Positions 60,201 to 64,000 of a stretch of 64,000 nt of DNA are shown here, piece by piece. A model generated the notes under the pieces. The model had not been told where the DNA came from. It was given only the letters and a program-made list of their open reading frames with translations, and did not search any database. The DNA comes from Amoebophrya sp. A120 (Eukaryota > Protista > Dinoflagellata). How positions within the stretch are numbered: the stretch's first letter is position 1; each line of letters begins with the position of its first letter. Location of the stretch: positions 1,474,225-1,538,224 of the forward strand of contig CAJINV010000001.1 of NCBI GenBank assembly GCA_905178155.1. Direction: 5' to 3'. The translations under genes and the position numbers were made by a program.

Positions 60201-63034
60201 TACAACCACAATCAAAACCAAAACTGGCAGGGGAGGGGAGCGGGCGGAAGCCACAACTACAACAAAAAGCAAGGCGATAGCTGGAAGGAGTCGTCGTGGA
60301 AGGAGAAGGACTACAACAAGAAGCAAGGCAGTTATTGGAGCTCCAACGACGATAACTCTTGGCGGAAGAACCAGAAAAAGAACGACTACAGCAAGGAGCG
60401 GAAATGGGACTATGAAAACAAGTGCTGGAAAGAAGAAACTGACCAAACCCAATGGGAGACACACGACCAGCAAAACCAAGAGGATTCCTGGCAGCAGCAG
60501 CACCAGCATGATTCCTGGCGGAACCAGAATCGCGACACCAACGATGGCAAAGGACCTCCTGACGATGGAAAGGGGAAGGGAAAAGGAAAGCGAAATAAAG
60601 GCAACCAGCCTGATGCGAAGGCTAAGGGAAAAGGAGAGCCCCAAGCCGATCAGGAGAAGCGCAAGGGAGAAGGAAAGGGCAAGGGACGTTGCTCAGGTAA
60701 GGCTAAGGCACTGAGATATCGACTCTAGCCTCTTTTTCTTCATGCGTGTGCGTTGTCACGAGAGATGAAATTTCGGTAAGTACTTTTTTTTTGTAAATGA
60801 AGACTGTCACCTGGTGGACCAGCAGAATGCACATGCAGCATTTGGCAGAACTACAGCTTCGTGCTCATTCATGAAAATCAAAATGCATCATACCAGGCTC
60901 CGCCGGAGCAGCATCTACTTTGAAAGAGACGGACTCGCCGGAAGCCTCCGCGAGCAACGATGCCGCGGAGTCGAGCGATGCGCAAAAAGGCGGCGGCCGC
61001 ACGTCGTCCGTTTGGGAAGAGAAGCCGGACGACGCTGAACACGAATGGGATGCAGGTACAGAGCCTCATGATCTATGTTCACTGACCTATTATACGAAGT
61101 GAGCATGCAACTTTTTCATGAAATTGGAATCGGGGGAAAACAAGATGCCGACGGCTACGGCACTACAGATTCATTGCTTTTGTATTCGCGTACCTAAAGA
61201 TAGAACGTGCTTATGAGATGAATGAAACTGAAAGACCTGTTTTTTTTTATCAACAAAAAGGTGAAGCGGGTGGTGGTCAAGGTGGGTTCAGTTCGTCAAC
61301 TTCCTCTTCCACGGGAAACAGCAATCAAGACGTACGGGAAAAATGGGACTACGAGAACCACTGCTGGAAGGTGAACGACAAGAAAAATGATGTTGAGAAC
61401 GCGCCTGACAAAGGGAAAGGGAAGGGCAAGCGGAACAAAGGGAAAGCTGCAGCAGCTTCTGATCGCAAAAATGAGCAGGGAAATACTAAAAAAGCAGCTT
61501 CTGCATCTGCATCTGCGAGATCTTCCTCTGCCACCTCGTCTAAAAGCCGGAAAAAAGGCGATGGCTCTGGCGAAGCAGAGCCCTCTGCTAGCGATGGAAA
61601 AAATTCGGGTACATTTTTTTTTGATACGCTGGTCCGCACGTCGAAGCCACATTTTGCCCTTCCTCCTATTCATGCGGACAACTTTAATTTTTTTGTTGTT
61701 GTGTTTGCAAGTACAAGTACTTCTATTCGCAGATGCAGAAGAAAATGAGCCCCAGATGCACCTTGTGCAACTTCTAGCCGCTCAATTCTGCATGAGGATA
61801 GTATGTAGTGAGGTCACCGAACGGTTCTAACCAGGGAGTTTTTTTGACATATACCCTCAAAAACGACCGGCAGTTTTCAAGCGGGCGAAAGTGTTTTTTG
61901 ACGAAAAAGATTTTCAATTATCAAGCGGCCGGGGCTTTGTTGTCAAACAAGCCCGGTCGAAAACTATCGACTCGCACTGGATAAAACGACGCAAAGGAGT
62001 CGCCAAAATTAGCGCCCTTCTGAGGCGCCCACCGCCTTGGTTTCTGGCGGTTTGGGGCGCCCAAAAAGGGGCGCGCAAAAAACACGTCCAAAATCAGAAC
62101 AGCGAAACAGCATGGCACGGCCGCGATTTCGGAGCATTTTGGGCGGCCGCGAAAGCGGTCGCCTTTTCGCCGGTTTCAGAGCCTGGGAAGCTTTGCAAAA
62201 AGCGCCGGCGTGAAAAATAAAAACGCGAAAAAGAAAAAGCGCCCAAGACGCGCAAAGCCAATCCGCATGCTATGGGCCCGATTTTTCTTCGCTTTTTGGG
62301 CGCCCCCCGTGGCACCCGGATCGGCCCCATAGCATGGGGGCTGGCCTTCGGAAAGGAATTTCGGGAATTTGCCAAAATTTGCGATGTTTACCAAGCGGCC
62401 GCCATACCGTGCGGCCTAACGTTACTCAGGGCGGTATGGCGAGCCCAGAAAAAGCAAAGCCGCGGCCAAGGCGATGGCCGGCAAAAAAACGCCCACGACC
62501 TCACTACCTCCGCCCCGGCGGCTATATTTGGTATTCTGATATGCAAAAAATGCGAAATCAATACAGGCACAGGAGGAGTAGCTGCGACAGATGCCGACGC
62601 GTCGAGTTCTGGTCCCCACCCTTCTTCATCGAGACCGGAAACGAAGCAACAACATACCGAAAATCGGGAAAATGAGGACGCAGGTACAACTACAAACAGT
62701 CACTGTCTTTTTTCAGACTGATGTGAGCTAATTTTCTGAAGCAGGCACATTAGCAGGTGCGGATTGTTGATGCAAAACATATGGGAGTAAAGAAATACAC
62801 AAATTAGAAAATTCTACGACCTGCACGACGCCACCAGATGACGGCGCCGCCGCGGGCAACGGTGGATCCGGCTCATCTTCGTGGCAAGGAGCATCTTCGT
62901 ACTACAACAAGAAAAATGAGAACACAAGTGAGGAAAACGAGTGGAAGCGCGTTTGGGATTACAAGAAAGGAAAGTACGTCTATTACAAGCATCCCTGGGA
63001 AACGGATGGTAACGGAAATTGGTGGAAAAACTAA
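54284..63034 (+). CDS. Eukaryotic RNA-dependent RNA polymerase (RNAi; QDE-1/RDR-gamma-like DYDGD) with a very long acidic/Trp-rich C-terminal extension
   Basis: Motifs DGCGWIG, QGRL..AKFMV, RCPCMEASDVQ, LSGGDYDGD (DYDGD at 56408-56422) and SMDLAKSG (about 57085). Removing element 57284 fuses this region to the 57588 ORF. Further phase-1 GT-AG exons at about 60897, 61261, 62566 and 62838 lead to TAA at 63034. Junctions at 56680-57000 and 61.6-62.6 kb are uncertain. Confidence 0.82.
57284..57448. mobile_element. Introner family E
   Basis: Family E TIRs; DR cgctg; KLA|ASAK in frame. Confidence 0.9.
61801..62530 (+). mobile_element. Family H element, copy 2 (730 bp)
   Basis: Near-identical to 9110-9847 and starts GTATGT. 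Confidence 0.85.
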
Positions 63035-63922
63035 AAGACAGAATGAAGCCTCTGAGTCTCCGTTTTCGATAACTGTGACGCGCGCTACCACGGACCGCAG
63101 GACGACTTTTTTTACCAGCATCAACTTGCCACAACTAGAAAATGAGCGAACTGCTGTTGAAAAGAATTTGGCGTGAAGTCGAATTCGTAAAAATCATCGA
63201 TGCACTGAAGAAACTGAAAAACTGTTTTTCTTTGGACATCATTTCCAGTCCTGGCGACATTGTCAATTCGCAACTGTCGTCCCAGGACAAACATTCTTTT
63301 CAAGAAAACCAGGTAGCAGGCCAGATCCAGAAATGAATCACAACTGTACTGCTACAGATCTTCCCGCCGACGAGAGGGAATCTCTACGCGGGCAATTTTT
63401 ATTTTGGACTTCAACTTCGGTGAACTTCAATTGCAAATTGATGCCAGAAGTTCTTTACGAGACTACTTTAGTTTTTCACTTCTGAAAAGCGAAGTTGAAG
63501 TCTTTTTATATCAAACCCATTCATCGCAATCACGGAATTCAAAAATGAAAAGATACCCATTCTCACTTTTATTTTTGAAAAACGCACTACGGCTTTATTA
63601 GAAAAATGAATGTGTGCTGGGCACTCTTTGAACCGCCACGAAGATGCAATCGGCTTCGTGTGCCGTTGGCATGATCATGTTTGGAAACGTGAGACTTTGT
63701 TCAGTCGGGCGCAAACCATGGGATCCTTTTTTGCTAACTGGGCCACACATTGCACGGAATGTTGCAGCGATAATTTCTCCTTTTTCATGGATCATCGGTT
63801 CAGAGTAATTTTATAACTCCTATTGCTGAGCTGCGCAAGTTAAAATTTTGCGACGGGAAAGAAAACCGCCCACGTCGAAACTTTTTTTGTAATTTCCAAA
63901 CTTTCACAAGCTTCTGGGAGTT

Positions 63923-64000
63923 CGCCCATCGCCCAATGTCCATCGCCCAGTCGCCCACTGTCCGCCGTCCAATGTCCATCGCGCAATGCCCATCGCACAA
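63923..64000. repeat. Degenerate short tandem repeat (cgcccaatgtccat-like)
   Basis: Read directly at the window end. Confidence 0.6.

Noticed and set aside
493-60644. Long minus-strand ORFs (e.g. 493-1170, 21834-22652, 22666-23526, 54929-55669)
   Set aside because: They are antisense shadows of + strand coding exons with no independent motifs.

Overview
This is a eukaryotic, gene-dense window whose recognisable genes all lie on the + strand. The exons are interrupted by repetitive non-canonical introns (introner-like elements), a pattern known from the parasitic dinoflagellate Amoebophrya (Syndiniales); the taxon is inferred, not proven. I find 31 short elements (145-323 bp, one 598 bp, one cut by the window edge) in 7 terminal-inverted-repeat (TIR) families. 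They mostly start TAT and end ATA, have 5-bp flanking direct repeats (DR), and share an internal TGTNATGC/GCATNACA motif; families A, B and C occur in both orientations. Removing an element plus one DR copy restores the reading frame wherever it could be tested. There are also two ~730-bp related elements and two ~1.2-kb TIR elements flanked by 33-35-bp exon duplications. The reconstructed genes are an IolB-like isomerase (3' part), a very large HEATR6/DUF4042-like protein, Ubc6/UBE2J, a Kv-type K+ channel, a 5'-nucleotidase, a SAC3/GANP protein, a small membrane protein, a Stc1-like Zn-finger plus 2OG-Fe(II) (TET/JBP-like) protein, and a giant eukaryotic RdRP with a Trp-rich tail. The best candidates for new biology are the adjacent Zn-finger/dioxygenase plus RdRP pair, and the long-DR TIR introns, one of which carries a synonymously diverged exon copy.
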